Shown here piece by piece: positions 6,295 to 7,099 of a stretch of 7,099 nucleotides of DNA. The stretch's first letter is position 1; every line of letters begins with the position of its first letter. The position numbers and the translations under genes are program-made. The notes below the pieces were generated by a model. It saw nothing but the letters and a program-made list of their open reading frames with translations. It was not told the origin of the DNA and did not search any database. The stretch is from a virus (taxonomy: Duplodnaviria > Heunggongvirae > Uroviricota > Caudoviricetes): IMG/VR virus record IMGVR_UViG_2541047432_000025; one strand, written 5' to 3'.

Positions 6295-6953
6295 CAGTTC
6301 ACCTCCTGCGGCGGTTCTGGTAGCGGCATCCAGTGTGACGGTTTCCACGACGCACCAGGAATTATCCACCCATCATTAGCGTCAGGATGCCCCGGGATGT
6401 AAGTCGCCCACTTCATTCGCCAGTCACCTTTCCTGTCAAACTCCACGGCAACAAGAACGGCTGTTTTGGTATCCGGCATTCGCTCACTACAACTTATCCA
6501 ACCATCCGGAGTTACCGGAGAGTTGCCAGACAGCGCATTCTGCAACCGTTCCAGCTTAACGTATTCCTGAACCCTGTTTCCGTCGCACGCCTGAAGCCAT
6601 TGCTCAGCCTTTTGCGCATCAGTGTGAAAGGCACAAGTGCGACCGTCATCAAATTGCATTTCGTAGAGGTTAGCAATCTGTTCAAACTGCGTGTGTGGCA
6701 ACTTGTAAGTTTGGCTTACGAGTTCGGCTTCCAGTTCTGCTATGCGCTTCTCTGATGCTTCAAGTAACGCCTGCTTATCGCGTAGCGCTTCTTCCAGTTC
6801 AGCAACATGGCATTCACTATCAATAAGGTTGTTCTCTGCTGCTCCCAGCTCAACTCTCAGCTTCCCAACCGTAAGCGCAATCTCCTCGTTCTCCTGGTCG
6901 CGGCGTTTGATGTATTGCTGGTTTCTTTCCCGTTCATCCAGCAGTTCCAGCAC
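6294..6953 (-). CDS. Phage protein with coiled-coil-like N-terminal half and C-terminal DUF551-like domain (219 aa, GTG start)
   Basis: C-terminal segment WISCSERMPD...VLVAVEF...WIIPG...SHWMPLPEPP matches the remembered DUF551 pattern; the N-terminal half is heptad-like and E/L/A/K-rich. The only start near the frame opening is GTG at 6953, with AGAGG about 14 nt upstream; an in-frame stop lies at 7011-7013. Confidence 0.7.
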   Translation of the reverse strand: MLELLDERERNQQYIKRRDQENEEIALTVGKLRVELGAAENNLIDSECHVAELEEALRDKQALLEASEKRIAELEAELVSQTYKLPHTQFEQIANLYEMQFDDGRTCAFHTDAQKAEQWLQACDGNRVQEYVKLERLQNALSGNSPVTPDGWISCSERMPDTKTAVLVAVEFDRKGDWRMKWATYIPGHPDANDGWIIPGASWKPSHWMPLPEPPQEVN

Positions 6954-6973
6954 GGTAGCCGGGTTAGCCTCTG

Positions 6974-7099
6974 CTATGAATTCAGCGTTGCATAAGCCTG
7001 AGCATCTGTTTCAACCAGGCAGTTAACATGACATTCCGCAATCACGCCACCGGGTTCTCCTTTCCATTTTTGGCAAACAAAAACTCCTGTTAAATTGCC
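6974..7099 (-). CDS. 3' end of a minus-strand ORF running in from beyond the window (41 codons visible, start outside window)
   Basis: Manual translation of the minus strand from the window edge gives an open frame ending ...GVIAECHVNCLVETDAQAYATLNS, with stop TAG at 6976..6974, 20 nt upstream of the DUF551 gene's GTG. It is not in the ORF track because it has no start in the window. Confidence 0.3.
   Translation of the reverse strand, partial: GNLTGVFVCQKWKGEPGGVIAECHVNCLVETDAQAYATLNS

Noticed and set aside
5740-6402. 220-aa plus-strand ORF (TTG start) opposite the two right-hand phage genes
   Set aside because: It is antisense to minus-strand ORFs that carry a recognisable DUF551 segment, a strong AGGAGG Shine-Dalgarno and coupled stop/start codons. 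Its translation is hydrophobic and low-complexity with no motif, typical of a shadow ORF in GC-balanced coding DNA.
6387-7026. Plus-strand ORFs 6387..6755, 6742..7026 and 6807..6995
   Set aside because: Antisense to the DUF551 gene and the incoming minus ORF. The products are Ser/Leu-rich and low-complexity, with no ribosome-binding sites noted.
1-7099. CRISPR array, tRNA or rRNA genes, integrase or attachment sites
   Set aside because: No regularly spaced direct repeats, no cloverleaf-like conserved tRNA features and no recombinase-like ORF were seen. The window appears to be internal to the prophage.

Overview
This window appears to be a lambdoid-type prophage segment (probably enterobacterial, inferred from the YbcO-like gene) carrying an AT-rich cargo island of about 4.3 kb. 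Phage genes all read on the minus strand at about 47-53% GC, estimated by eye from 60-nt samples: a DUF551-domain protein and a small Cys/His protein on the right (5899-6953), and on the left a nin-region-like chain of DUF1367-like protein, YbcO-like (DUF1364) protein and a putative Q-like late antiterminator (28-1468), linked by overlapping stop/start codons. Between them sits a cassette at roughly 25-40% GC (same sampling): a GHKL/MORC-like ATPase (1968-3359) translationally coupled to a 329-aa protein with no recognisable motifs (3359-4348), and a convergent Dcm-family cytosine-5 DNA methyltransferase (4316-5467, minus) whose 3' end overlaps the partner gene by 33 bp. The ATPase operon has a near-consensus sigma70 promoter with a perfect 14-bp palindrome in its spacer. 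My main hypothesis is that this is a compact, methyltransferase-guarded GHKL-ATPase restriction or defence module carried as a prophage moron. GHKL ATPases in restriction-modification contexts have been predicted bioinformatically, but I cannot place this pairing with the unknown partner in any named system. All homology calls are from motif reading and memory, not from searches. No rRNA, tRNA, CRISPR array or transposase was seen.
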